Shown one piece after another: positions 37,846 through 50,044 of a stretch of 64,000 nucleotides of DNA (positions are counted from its first letter, which is position 1; every line of letters starts with the position of its first letter). The stretch is taken from NCBI GenBank assembly GCA_026708015.1, contig JAPOVT010000049.1:5274-69273 (forward strand), in the 5' to 3' direction. The notes beneath the pieces were generated by a model that worked only from the letters and a program-made list of their open reading frames with translations, was not told where the DNA came from and did no database searches. Origin of the DNA: a bacterium. GTDB taxonomy: Bacteria; Actinomycetota; Acidimicrobiia; Acidimicrobiales; Bin134. A program made the position numbers and the translations under genes.

Positions 37846-38863
37846 CGTTGACGAGCCTCGGGAAGCCGACATGGCCGATCACGTTGGATTGGCCGATGCG
37901 CTCAGCCAAGAGGAAGTGGATGCACTGATCCCCCACGAATCCATCTGGGCGTATCGGCTTCGCCGCCTCGACATCCCAGTGCAGCTATTGAGGATCGCGA
38001 TCCTGTTCGCCATCTGGGCTCTATGGCACTACGACGTTGTCTGGGATGGTTTGACTTCGATTTCGTTCTTCGGCTGGGACAGGGTGGAAGTGTTCGGCTG
38101 GTTCGGCTGGAGCATGACGTGGTTCAACTGGGATGCCTCATTCTTCGGAATTCAACCGCTTCCCTATGTGCAGGAGACTTTCCGGGCCAGCCCTGGCGAG
38201 ACCTGGGAGTACTTCACACAGATCTACCACGAGAAGCTGTTTTGGCAGGACCTCTGGGTCACGGTGAAAGAAGCGTTGTTCGGCTTTGCCATCGGCTCAA
38301 TTCTCGGTCTCCTCGTCGGCATCGTTCTCGGGCGCTTCCGGCAAGCGGCCAAGACGTTGGGTCCGTTCATTGTCATCATCAACGCCATGCCCAAGATCGC
38401 CTTTTTGCCGCTGATCTTGATCGTGTACGGCGTGGGCGAGACCTCCAAGGTGGTCTTGGCGGTGATCATCGTGTTCTTCATCGTGCAGGTGCCCACCCAG
38501 GCCGCGGTGGCGCTGGTAGATCCCGACTTGGACTTGGTGGCCCGCACCATGGGCGCATCCCAGCGCCAGCTGTTCACCAAAGTCACGCTGCCCGGTATCA
38601 CCCCGGCGGTGTTCGGCGCGCTGCGGCTGTCGGCAGTGATCTCGGTGCTGGCGGTGGTGTTCGGTGAGATCTTCTCGGCCCGCCGCGGCCTCGGCCAGCG
38701 GCTCATCACCGCGGCCAACCAGCTCTCCTACGGCGACACCTTCGCCATCGTGTTCATCCTGGCCCTGATTGCGCTGATCATGAACGGGGTGATCGGCTTC
38801 GCCGAGCGCAAGGCCCTCCGCTGGCAAGCCACCCAGCAAGGCGGCCAGGTCATCTCGCTGTAG
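37832..38863 (+). CDS. ABC transporter permease (SsuC/TauC type)
   Basis: 343 aa, multi-TM, BPD-transport-type EAA-like loop. Overlaps the ATPase gene end. The true start may be ATG 37871. Confidence 0.8.
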   Translation: MRSSDVDEPREADMADHVGLADALSQEEVDALIPHESIWAYRLRRLDIPVQLLRIAILFAIWALWHYDVVWDGLTSISFFGWDRVEVFGWFGWSMTWFNWDASFFGIQPLPYVQETFRASPGETWEYFTQIYHEKLFWQDLWVTVKEALFGFAIGSILGLLVGIVLGRFRQAAKTLGPFIVIINAMPKIAFLPLILIVYGVGETSKVVLAVIIVFFIVQVPTQAAVALVDPDLDLVARTMGASQRQLFTKVTLPGITPAVFGALRLSAVISVLAVVFGEIFSARRGLGQRLITAANQLSYGDTFAIVFILALIALIMNGVIGFAERKALRWQATQQGGQVISL

Positions 38864-38877
38864 AGGTTGCGGTCCGC

Positions 38878-40326
38878 TCAGGCTTGACCGCGGGCCAATT
38901 CAGCAAGACGGGCCAAGTCGGCAGGATCCAGCATTTCGACCACGTCGTAGACTGGCTTGCCGTCCCCGGTGACTGCTTGGAGCGCTCGATGTCCTGCGCT
39001 GTTTGGGGCCGGACGATCAGTGGTCAATAGCACCAATCGGGCTTCCGGCTCAGTTGAGTGCAGCACGGCCGCCTTTCCCAGCGCCTTCCACAGCGTGTCG
39101 GTGCGGCGAAGCCCTGGCCGTTGGGTGATGCTGAACGCGCCGGAAACGTCGAACAGCCAAGCCTCCCCTTGCTGGTCGACGGCCCCGTAGTTGACTTCCA
39201 CTCCGCAGGAGAACTTGACCTTCTCACGGATATTGCGGAATCCACTCTGCTCAAGAATGACTTGGGCCATCTCCTGGGCTTTGCGACCTTGTTGACCGGC
39301 CCGAACTTGGAAGTCGTCACTCCACTCTGGTTCGGCACTGTTGGCCGATGGAGTGACGGTGACTCGCCAATGCTGCTTCTCTGTGTGCTGATCTAGCCGA
39401 TCCCGCTCGTCGGCGATGCGCTGCTCGGCTAACTCGATGTAGTCGGCGTCGGTGTCGAAGCCTATGAAATGGCGCCCGGTGCGAACCGCTGCTACGGCAG
39501 TGGAACCAGCACCCATGAACGGGTCAAGAATCAGATCGCCGCGGTAGGTGTAGAGATCGATGAGCCGCTGGGGCAACTCAACCGGGAAAGGGGCGGGGTG
39601 GCCAACTCGAGTGGCCGACTCTGGGCGTATTTCCCACACGTCGGTGGTGGCTTCCATGAACTCATCGACAAACGCGGTGCCCTCCGATGGGAGTTCCTGA
39701 TCCGCTCGTTCGACCGCGGGAAGAGCTCGGTCAAAGCGCCCTTTGGAAGCAATCACCACACGTTCCGTGAGGTCGCGCAGCACCGGATTGCCCGGGCGTT
39801 GGAAACTGCCCCATGCGCAACTTCCTCCCGCTCCTTTGGACTTGTACCAGATCACCTCGCCACGCAGCAGCAGTCCCAAGCGATCTTGGAGTATGGCGAT
39901 CACATCAGCGGAGAGCGAGCGGTAGGGACGGCGCCCCAGGTTGGCCACATTCACCGCAATGCGGCCACCAGGCTCCAGCTTTTGAACACACACTTCAAAA
40001 ACATCGTGAAGCATCTCCAAATAGGCGATGTAGTCGGCTGGTATGTGACCCTGGCCGACCGCCTCTTCGTATTCCTTTCCTGCGAAATACGGGGGAGAAG
40101 TGACGACCAACGCCACCGAGCTGTCGGCCACTTCTCCAATGGTGTCCATCTCGCGGGCATCGCCCACCCAAAGGCGGTCTAGGCGGGCATGGGGGGAAAT
40201 CTCGTTGTCTTCGCTAATCTCAGGCACCGGGAACCGGTCGTAGAACGCGGAGGAATCATGTCCCTCACGCCGACTAACCCCGAACTTGGAAGTAGACGTC
40301 CCCTGCCGTCGCCGGGCAGATTCCAT
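38878..40326 (-). CDS. beta-class DNA methyltransferase (SPPY motif IV, probable N4-cytosine) with a ~180-aa uncharacterised C-terminal extension
   Basis: VVTSPPYFAG (motif IV) precedes DPFMGAGSTAVAA (motif I), which is the PF01555-type order. The extension starts around HWRVTVTPSAN. Confidence 0.8.
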   Translation of the reverse strand: MESARRRQGTSTSKFGVSRREGHDSSAFYDRFPVPEISEDNEISPHARLDRLWVGDAREMDTIGEVADSSVALVVTSPPYFAGKEYEEAVGQGHIPADYIAYLEMLHDVFEVCVQKLEPGGRIAVNVANLGRRPYRSLSADVIAILQDRLGLLLRGEVIWYKSKGAGGSCAWGSFQRPGNPVLRDLTERVVIASKGRFDRALPAVERADQELPSEGTAFVDEFMEATTDVWEIRPESATRVGHPAPFPVELPQRLIDLYTYRGDLILDPFMGAGSTAVAAVRTGRHFIGFDTDADYIELAEQRIADERDRLDQHTEKQHWRVTVTPSANSAEPEWSDDFQVRAGQQGRKAQEMAQVILEQSGFRNIREKVKFSCGVEVNYGAVDQQGEAWLFDVSGAFSITQRPGLRRTDTLWKALGKAAVLHSTEPEARLVLLTTDRPAPNSAGHRALQAVTGDGKPVYDVVEMLDPADLARLAELARGQA

Positions 40327-40380
40327 CTCTCGAAGTTACATCTTGGCAGTGACAATTTGGCGGAGGTCAGTTGGCCGTCG

Positions 40381-40755
40381 TTACTGAGAAGTGTCAGCCT
40401 TGGGATCCAATGCCTCGATTCGGCCTTCTAGCCGACCCACCCTGCGGCACAGGTCCATGACGACGTCGGTGAGCTTGTCCAGACGATTGTGGACGAGTTT
40501 GAACCCACCGTTCATGTCGTCTCGGAGCTTGTCATTTTCGGCACGCGCTTCCCCGAAACCGGATTCCATGTCTTTTTTGAATTCGGAGCGGGATTCCTTG
40601 AAACCGGTTTCCATGTCTCTTCGAAGTTGGGCATTATCGTTGCGCAGTAGCGCGATGTCGGCGCGGCGGCCGCGGTCGAGGTAGAGCATCAGGGTGACGA
40701 TGATCCCAATCAGTGTGAGGGTGATCCCCTGCATGGCGAGAATTGCTTGTTCCAT
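40381..40755 (-). CDS. small membrane-anchored coiled-coil protein, copy A (three DM(E/N)xGF repeats)
   Basis: 124 aa. N-terminal TM ILAMQGITLTLIGIIVTLMLYL followed by a charged repeat region. Paralog of 41147-41464. Confidence 0.65.
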   Translation of the reverse strand: MEQAILAMQGITLTLIGIIVTLMLYLDRGRRADIALLRNDNAQLRRDMETGFKESRSEFKKDMESGFGEARAENDKLRDDMNGGFKLVHNRLDKLTDVVMDLCRRVGRLEGRIEALDPKADTSQ

Positions 40756-40888
40756 GAGTTCTCCTCAAAGGACTCAGCACATGGGGGAAGCTTGAGTCCA
40801 CTATACCCCCTGCGAGAGTCTCTGGATGTTGCGGTGTTCAAGGATTGGGGAGGGGGGAATGTGTCATCGGCGTTCGTAGGCTTTTGTC

Positions 40889-41137
40889 ATGAGCAATTCA
40901 GAATTGGTGTGGCCACAGCCGGACAGCGAGGTCCGCGACGACGGGATGTATGCCTTCACCTGGAAATTAGACCCCGACACTGGTGCCCGGATCGCCGCGG
41001 CGCTGACGGCCAAGGAGCGCGAACTGTGGCGAAACGAAAGTCCGGCTGAACGACGGACACCGCAGCAGCGAATGGCCGATGCGCTAGTCGAGTTGATTTT
41101 GGAGTCGCAAAACGACGGCGCCAAAGGCCGCGTTTGA
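40889..41137 (+). pseudogene. fragment of a DUF222/HNH-endonuclease (13E12-repeat-type) gene
   Basis: The 82-aa ORF opens right after a TAG. It contains RTPQQRMADALVEL, typical of the DUF222 middle region. No HNH domain follows. Confidence 0.5.
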
Positions 41138-41146
41138 TCTACTCAA

Positions 41147-41464
41147 CTATGTCCGCTGGGCGGGGTTGTCAGGTGTCTCGGCGACGTCGATTCGGCCTTC
41201 TAGCCGACCCACTCTGCGACACAGATCCATTACGACGTCGGTGAGCTTGTCCAACCGCTTGTCGATCCGCTTGAAACCGGCTTCCATGTCTCCCTTTAGT
41301 TCGGAGCGGGATTCCTTGAAACCGGCTTCCATGTCTCTTCGGAGTTGAGCATTGTTCTCGTTCATGTCCCTCCGAATCTGAGCGTCGTCGGCACGGCGGC
41401 CGCGGTCCAGGTAGAGCATCAGGGTGATGGTGATCCCCAGCATGGCGAGTATTGCTTGTTCCAT
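41147..41464 (-). CDS. small membrane-anchored coiled-coil protein, copy B (two DMEAGF repeats)
   Basis: 105 aa. Shares its N-terminus, C-terminal LDKLTDVVMDLCRRVGRLEGRI and an identical 59-nt leader with copy A. Confidence 0.65.
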   Translation of the reverse strand: MEQAILAMLGITITLMLYLDRGRRADDAQIRRDMNENNAQLRRDMEAGFKESRSELKGDMEAGFKRIDKRLDKLTDVVMDLCRRVGRLEGRIDVAETPDNPAQRT

Positions 41465-41534
41465 GAGTTCTCCTCAAAGGACTCAGCACATGGGGGAAGC
41501 TTGAGTCCAATATAACGGCAGTGTGCCAGCGGAA

Positions 41535-42335
41535 TCAACGAGTTTGGGCGTGCCAGCGGCCGTTGTGGTGTTCCAGTTCTAGAGACAGGCCGAAGCAGGC
41601 CGAGAGGGATTCGGAGGTCAGTACATCCTCGAGCGGGCCCAGGGCCAGCACTCGACCCTCGCGCAGCATCAGCCCGTGGGTGAACCCGGCGGGGATCTCC
41701 TCGGTGCGGTGGGTGACCATAACTAGGGGAGGGGCGGAGGAGTCGGCGGCCAGACGGGCGAGGTCGGTCACCAGCATCTCCCGGCCGCCCAAATCCAGGG
41801 TGGAGGCGGGCTCGTCCAGCAGCACCAAGCCGGGGTCGGTCATCAGGCTGCGGGCGATCTGCACTCGCTGGCGCTCGCCCGACGACAAGGTGGCGATGGT
41901 GCGGTCGCCAAGCCCCCCCGCTCCCACCTGATCCAACAACCGCAAGGCCCGTTCTCGGTCGGCGTCGGTGTAGTCGTGCCACCACGGCTCCAGGGCGCCG
42001 TGGCGAGCGGTCATAACCACATCGACCGCCTTCAAATGGGGCCGCAGCATCTGGGCCAACGCGGGCGATACGAACCCCACCCGGTGCCGCAGTTGGCGCA
42101 CATCCACCTGGCCCAGCCGCTCGCCCAGCACCTCAACTGTCCCGGTTGTGGGGTGCTCGTACAGGGCGGCGATTCTCAGCAGCGAGGTCTTGCCGCTGCC
42201 GTTGGCCCCCAGCACCACCCACCGCTGGTCACACGCCACCTCCCAGTCCACATCGCAGAGGATGGGCTGCTTGTCGCGGGTGAAGCCCACCCCGGCCAAC
42301 CGCAGCGCGGAAGTCGGCTCCTGGCTGCCCATCAC
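41535..42335 (-). CDS. ABC transporter ATP-binding protein (stand-alone, YlmA/ModF-like)
   Basis: Walker A GANGSGKTS, signature LSSGERQR, Walker B LVLLDEP. Confidence 0.85.
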   Translation of the reverse strand: MMGSQEPTSALRLAGVGFTRDKQPILCDVDWEVACDQRWVVLGANGSGKTSLLRIAALYEHPTTGTVEVLGERLGQVDVRQLRHRVGFVSPALAQMLRPHLKAVDVVMTARHGALEPWWHDYTDADRERALRLLDQVGAGGLGDRTIATLSSGERQRVQIARSLMTDPGLVLLDEPASTLDLGGREMLVTDLARLAADSSAPPLVMVTHRTEEIPAGFTHGLMLREGRVLALGPLEDVLTSESLSACFGLSLELEHHNGRWHAQTR

Positions 42336-44233
42336 TCAGTTGGCGTGGGCCATCCAGGTGGCGTACATCTCGGCATAGTGACCGCCTTGGGCCACCAGCT
42401 CATCGTGGGTGCCGATCTCGGTGATCCTCCCGTCTTCCACCACCGCGATCCGATCGGCCCGCATGGCGGTGGCCAGTCGGTGGGCGATGATGATGGCGGT
42501 CCGCCCCTCCAACACCACGTCTAGAGCGGCCTCGATCTTCGACTCCGATCGCAAGTCCAGATTGGAGGTGGCCTCGTCCAACACCAGCACCCGGGGCCGG
42601 GCCAGAAACGCCCGGGCCAGCGCCAAGAGCTGCCGCTCACCAGCCGACAACGACGCCCCTCGCTCGTGGACTTGGGAGTTCACGTCATCGGGCAGCCGCT
42701 CCAAGAGCTCGGTCAACCCAACTGCCCGACAGGCCTCCAGCACCTCGGCCATCGATGCCTCAGGCCGGGCGAAGGCCACGTTGTCGCGGATCGAGCCGTA
42801 GAACAAGAACGGCTCCTGGGGCACCACGCCCAATTGCCGACGCAGCGAAGCCAGTTTCACCGTGCGCAGGTCGTGGCCGTCGATGCAGACCATTCCCTGC
42901 TGGGGGTCGTAGAACCGGGCGATGAGCTTGGCCACCGTGGACTTGCCCGCCCCAGTGGGGCCCACCACCGCCAGGCTCTCGCCCGGTGCCAGCCGCAAGC
43001 TCACGTCGTGCAGCACCGGGGTGTTGTCCTCATAGCCGAAGCTCACCTGGTCGAGAGTGATCTCTCCCTCGATGAGGGGCAGTTCCACGGCATCAGAAGC
43101 CTCCATGACCGAGGGCTCGTTCATCAGCACCTCGCGCAGTTTCTTGGCCGAGGCCTGCCCCTGCTGGTAGCCGTTGTAGAGCTGCACGAGCTGCTGGATG
43201 GGGGCGAAGAAGAAGGTCAGATACAGCACGAAAGCGGTGAGCTCACCGGGGGTGAGGCTCCCGTTGATCACCATGGTCCCGCCGATCACCACCAACAGGG
43301 CCTGGCCGATGATCACAATGGCCTCAGTGGCGGGGGCGTAGATGGACGCGGCCCGCACACCGGCCAAATTGGCATCCTTGTGCCGCCCCACCACGTTGTT
43401 GTGGCGGACAACGTTGTGGCGTCGGCGGTTGTGGGCGGTGATCACCCGGATGCCGGCGAGGCTCTCCTGCAAATCGGCCAGCACATCGGCAATGCGGTCT
43501 CGAACCAGCCCGTAGTACAGGTTGGACACTCTGCGGAACCAGATGCTGAGCAGGAACGTGCCCGGCACCACGATCACCAGGGTCAGCACCGCCAGCAGCG
43601 GGTTCAGATAGAACAGCACGCCGGTGATCACCAAGAGCACCAGGGATTGCACTGCGAAGTTCACCAGGCCTTCTTGGAACAGCACGGTCAGGGCTTCGAT
43701 GTCGCTGGTCATGCGGGTCATCAGCACGCCCGCCTTCTCCCTGGTGAAGAAGTCCAGCGACAGCCGCTGGTAGTGGGAGAACACTCGCATGCGCAGGGCG
43801 TACATAAGCCGCTCGCCCAACTTGCCGGTGTAGCGAATGCGCAAAGACGAGCTGAATGCATGGGCGACCACTGTGCTCAAGAACACGGCGGCCACCACCA
43901 AGAGCACCTGTAGATTGCCTGAGCTGACACCGTGGTCGATGCCGATCTGGGCCAGCAACGGGCCCGACTGCATCATGGCCGACTCGATCACCACCAAAAG
44001 CAGCGCCACGGCCAGCTGGCGCCGGAACGGCCACAGCATCGTGCGCAGAGTGAGCGGCGGGTCGGCCGGTTGGCGGTGGCTGAAGTCGACATCTACCGGG
44101 GGATATTCGGGCTCCTTCCGCAGCACCTCCTCGACCTGAACCCGAAGATTGCCGGGCACGCCGGCATGGGGGAGCCCGGCGTCGCGGGCCGCGCTCTGGG
44201 CCTGGGGCCCGCCGAAGTACCCACCCCAGCCCA

Positions 44234-44234
<1 letters not shown>
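42336..44234 (-). CDS. ABC exporter, fused permease/ATPase (MdlB-type)
   Basis: Six-TM domain plus NBD (GPTGAGKST, LSAGERQ). The start ATG 44234 overlaps the upstream stop (TGATG). Confidence 0.85.
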
Positions 44235-46174
<1,940 letters not shown>

Positions 46175-46205
46175 CGTTTCGCCTCTGGTCCGACGTCGAC
46201 GGCGG

Positions 46206-46697
46206 TCACTGCCGTGTCTCCAGTGCGGCGCGGTGCCGGTTGAGCGCCTCATTCCAAAGGGCCAGCCCATCGACGGCCTCATCGGACTGGTGCTCATCGA
46301 GGTGGGCGGCGATTCCGGTGATGCGCTCGGCCACCGCGGCGTCGGCTGCGGCCAGCGCCTCCCGTCCGGCGTCGGTCAGCTCATGGGCAACTTTGCGGCG
46401 GTCGTCCGGGTCGGACTTCCGCTGGAGCAGGCCCCGTTTCTCCAACCCGTCGGCCAGCGCGGTCACACTGGGCCTGCTCACTGCCAACCGCCCGGCCACA
46501 GCCGAAGCGGCCGCGTTTCCTTCCGAAAGGAACAGCAGCAAGCGATACTGGGAGGGTGACAAGTCCAAGTCTCCCAGCGCCACCGCCACTTGGCGAGCCA
46601 AGCGCGTCGCCGCCCGAGCCGCTTCCAGCGCCACAGTGGAAGGCGATTGTTTGAGACTCACACGTTTAGTCTCTCTAAAGAATATGGCCACTGCCAA
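46206..46697 (-). CDS. MarR-family transcriptional regulator
   Basis: 163 aa. Winged-helix region LSPSQYRLLLFLSEGNAAASAVAGRLAVSRPSVTALADGLEKRGLL. Confidence 0.85.
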   Translation of the reverse strand: MAVAIFFRETKRVSLKQSPSTVALEAARAATRLARQVAVALGDLDLSPSQYRLLLFLSEGNAAASAVAGRLAVSRPSVTALADGLEKRGLLQRKSDPDDRRKVAHELTDAGREALAAADAAVAERITGIAAHLDEHQSDEAVDGLALWNEALNRHRAALETRQ

Positions 46698-46723
46698 GCC
46701 ATGACCAGGAATAACGGTCGCCG

Positions 46724-48052
46724 ATGAGCTGGACCACGGCGCTGGGATTGGCGGCGGCCGCGCTGTTGATCGCGGCCAACGCGCTGTTTGTGGCCGTCGA
46801 GTTCGCCCTGGTGGCGGTAGATCGAATTCGCATCGAGCGGTTGGCGGCCGAAGGCAGAAGAGCGGCCCGAACCGCGCTGTCGCTGCTCAAATCCCTGTCC
46901 TTCCAGCTTTCCGGAGCGCAGTTCGGCATCACGGTCACGTCTTTGGCGTTGGGTTTCATCGCCCGCCCCTCTATCGCGGCGGCGTTGAAGCCTGCCGCCG
47001 ACCGCGTAGCCTCCGGTGCCGCCGAAGGCCTGTCCATCGCCGCCGCCCTGATCATCGCCGTGGTGGTTCAGATGGTGTTGGGGGAGCTGGTTCCCAAGAC
47101 CTTGGCCATATCCCGGCCGCTGCCCACATCTATGCGCCTAGCCGCTCCGATGAAGGGCTTCGCCACCGTGGCGGGGCCGTTCATCCGCTTCTTGGACGGT
47201 TCGGCCAATTGGATTGTGACCCGATTGGGCATCGAGCCTGCCCAAGAACTCAGCGAGGCCCGCTCCCGCGACGAACTGGCCTGGTTGATCCGATCTTCGG
47301 GGCGAGAGGGTTCGATGCGGCCGGCAAGAGCCCGCCTGTTGACCAGGGCGATCCGCTTTGCTGAGCGAGACGCCGCCGACGTGCTGGTTCCCCGGGTGTC
47401 GGTCAGTGCCATCGAGCGTCAACAGTCGGTGGCCGAACTGGTGGCGCTCTCAAACCAGACCGGGTACTCCCGCTTTCCGGTCATCGGTGCCGACATCGAC
47501 GATGTGGTGGGCGTGGCCCTGGTCAAGAACGTGTACGAGGTGCCCTTTGAGAGATGGGTCGATACCCCTGTTTCCAACATCATGCGGACCCCGCTCATTG
47601 TGCCTGAGACCCGGGACTTGCGCTCATTGCTGCTGGACATGAGATCCCAGCGCAGCCCCTTGGCCGTGGTCATGGACGAGCACGGCGGCACGGCGGGCAT
47701 CGTCACCCAGGAAGACCTGGTGGAGGAGATCGTGGGCGAGATCGCCGACGAGCACGACGAAACGGAGCCCCCTGTGGTGGCCCGAGAGGCTGGGGAGCTG
47801 GTGATACAGGCGGGAATCCACCCCGACGAACTGGAGGACATGACCGGGCTCAGGGTGCCCGATGGCGATTACGAGACCCTGGCCGGCTTCATCTTGGATC
47901 ATCTTCAGCGAATCCCCGCGCCGGGCGAAGTGTTCCGATTCCAGGGCTGGGAGTTTCAGATCGAATCGGTCGACCGGCACCGGATTGACGCCGTCCGGTT
48001 GCGTCAGGTGGCCTCTGGACACCCAGCCCGTCAGAGTGGGGTGGGCCAGTGA
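46724..48052 (+). CDS. CNNM/hemolysin-family protein (DUF21 + CBS pair + CorC_HlyC)
   Basis: 442 aa. N-terminal TM DUF21 region, CBS region, C-terminal transporter-associated domain. Confidence 0.8.
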   Translation: MSWTTALGLAAAALLIAANALFVAVEFALVAVDRIRIERLAAEGRRAARTALSLLKSLSFQLSGAQFGITVTSLALGFIARPSIAAALKPAADRVASGAAEGLSIAAALIIAVVVQMVLGELVPKTLAISRPLPTSMRLAAPMKGFATVAGPFIRFLDGSANWIVTRLGIEPAQELSEARSRDELAWLIRSSGREGSMRPARARLLTRAIRFAERDAADVLVPRVSVSAIERQQSVAELVALSNQTGYSRFPVIGADIDDVVGVALVKNVYEVPFERWVDTPVSNIMRTPLIVPETRDLRSLLLDMRSQRSPLAVVMDEHGGTAGIVTQEDLVEEIVGEIADEHDETEPPVVAREAGELVIQAGIHPDELEDMTGLRVPDGDYETLAGFILDHLQRIPAPGEVFRFQGWEFQIESVDRHRIDAVRLRQVASGHPARQSGVGQ

Positions 48053-49116
48053 CCGCGCTGTACATCGCCGTCGCGGTGGTGCTGCTGGTGGCCAATGCCG
48101 GATTCGTGGCGGTGGAGTTCGCCCTCATCGCGGCCCGCAGATCCCGCTTGGAGCCGCTGGCCGAAGCCGGCAACCGCCGGGCCCGCATGGCGCTGGCCGC
48201 CATGGGCGACATCAACCGACAGCTAGCCGGTGCCCAGCTCGGCATCACCATGGCGTCGCTGGGCTTGGGGTTCGTGGCCGAGCCGGCGGTGGCTCGCCTC
48301 ATCGAGCGGGCGGTGGAGTCGTTCGTCCATCTGCCCTCCGGGGTGCTGCACACCATCTCGTTTGCGGTGTCGCTGGCCCTGGTGGTGTACCTGCACATGG
48401 TGCTGGGGGAGATGGTCCCCAAGAACATCGCTTTGGCCGGGGCAGAGCGCACCGCGATGTGGCTGGCCCCCTTCAATCGCCTCTATACCATCGTCTTCGG
48501 CCCCCTCATCGGCCTGCTGAACCACCTCAGTGCGGGATTGGTCCGCCTTTGCGGGGTCGAGCCCATCGACGAGCTGTCTACCACCCATACTGCCCAGGAG
48601 TTTGCCGCAGTGGTGGAGCACTCGGCGGCCGAGGGGTTCTTGGATGAGTTCGACCGGTCGCTGTTGTCCAGCGCGCTGGAGCTGGCCGGCCGTCCGGTTC
48701 GATCGGTCATGGTGCCCCGCGGCCAAATCGTGGCGGTGGAGCGGGAGGCCACGGTGTCCGAGGTGGTCGAAGTGATGACCGCCAGCGGCCACTCCCGGGT
48801 GTTGGTCCAAAGCGGCTCGCCTGATCAGGTGATCGGGTTCGTCCACGCCAAGGACCTCTTCGATACCACCGGCGCCGGGGCAGAACAGCCTCTGGGCGAA
48901 GAGTTGATACGGATTGTTCCGACCATTGAAGAGGAGACCTCGCTGGAAGGTGCGCTGGTGCTGATGCAGGGCAGCCGGCGCCATCTGGCCGTCGTCCGAC
49001 AAGGCGGGCGCCGCACCGTCGGATTGGTCACCCTCGAGGATGTGCTGGAAGTGCTGGTGGGCGATCTGTTCGACGAGACCGACCCCATGAGTTCTGCCGG
49101 TTCAGCCGGGCCATAA
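48049..49116 (+). CDS. CNNM-family protein (DUF21 + CBS pair)
   Basis: 355 aa. Paralogous to the preceding gene, with a 4-nt overlap. No CorC C-terminal domain. Confidence 0.8.
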   Translation: MTALYIAVAVVLLVANAGFVAVEFALIAARRSRLEPLAEAGNRRARMALAAMGDINRQLAGAQLGITMASLGLGFVAEPAVARLIERAVESFVHLPSGVLHTISFAVSLALVVYLHMVLGEMVPKNIALAGAERTAMWLAPFNRLYTIVFGPLIGLLNHLSAGLVRLCGVEPIDELSTTHTAQEFAAVVEHSAAEGFLDEFDRSLLSSALELAGRPVRSVMVPRGQIVAVEREATVSEVVEVMTASGHSRVLVQSGSPDQVIGFVHAKDLFDTTGAGAEQPLGEELIRIVPTIEEETSLEGALVLMQGSRRHLAVVRQGGRRTVGLVTLEDVLEVLVGDLFDETDPMSSAGSAGP

Positions 49117-49123
49117 TGTCGGC

Positions 49124-50032
49124 ATGAAATTCTGGTGCGTTACCGCGTTCATGAAGAGCACCGAGCTGGTGCCCATTGCCCAAATGGTGGATGAAGCCGG
49201 GTACCACGGGATGGTGCTCTCCGATCACATCTTCTATCCCCAAGACCTCGAGAGCCCTTACCCCTACTCGCCTTACGAGGACGGTCGGCCCATCTGGGAT
49301 CCGGAGACGTCTTGGCCCGACACCTGGGTGACCATCGGAGCCATGATCGGGGCCACCGAGCGCCTGCATTTCTCCAACAACATCTACATCGCTCCCAACC
49401 GCCCCATACTGGCCGTGGCCAAGCAGGTCTCGACTGCCGCGGTTATCTCCGGCAACCGGGTGGCGTTGGGCATGGCCGCAGGCTGGATGCGCGAAGAGTT
49501 CGAGCAGATGGGCCAGGACTTCGACAACCGCGGCCCCCGCACCAACGAGATGATCGAGGCCCTGCGGGAGTTGTGGAAACCCGGCTGGGTGGAGTTCCGC
49601 GGCGAGTACTACGACATCCCCCCCATGATGATGGGACCGGCCCCCGACCAGCCCATCCCTATATTCACCGGGGGACACTCTGGACCGGCGCTGCGTCGAG
49701 CGGCCCGCCACGCCGACGGATGGGTTGGCAATGCCTACGACTGGGACACGCTGGCCGGCATCGTGGCCCGATTGCGGACGCTGTTGGCCGAAGAAGGTCG
49801 GGCCGACGACCACTTCGAGATCATCTCCGGCTTCTACGAGCCGCCTTCGCTAGACCTCTATCGTCGAGCAGAAGAGGAGTTGGGCATCACCGGTTTGTAC
49901 GCCCTTCCCTGGGCAGAACTCGAGGAAGTCAGCACCGACAACCGGGAAGGCCTTTTGGAGAACGCATCGGCCTATCGGGATGCCATCAACCGCTTCGCCG
50001 ACGACTTCGTTATTCCCCTGGCTGACGGCTAG
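49124..50032 (+). CDS. LLM-class (luciferase-like) probable F420-dependent oxidoreductase
   Basis: 302 aa. AGYHGMVLSDH...IYIAPNRP...GGHSGPALRRAARHADGW is typical of the TIGR03619-type LLM family. Confidence 0.75.
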   Translation: MKFWCVTAFMKSTELVPIAQMVDEAGYHGMVLSDHIFYPQDLESPYPYSPYEDGRPIWDPETSWPDTWVTIGAMIGATERLHFSNNIYIAPNRPILAVAKQVSTAAVISGNRVALGMAAGWMREEFEQMGQDFDNRGPRTNEMIEALRELWKPGWVEFRGEYYDIPPMMMGPAPDQPIPIFTGGHSGPALRRAARHADGWVGNAYDWDTLAGIVARLRTLLAEEGRADDHFEIISGFYEPPSLDLYRRAEEELGITGLYALPWAELEEVSTDNREGLLENASAYRDAINRFADDFVIPLADG

Positions 50033-50044
50033 GCCAATCGGGGC

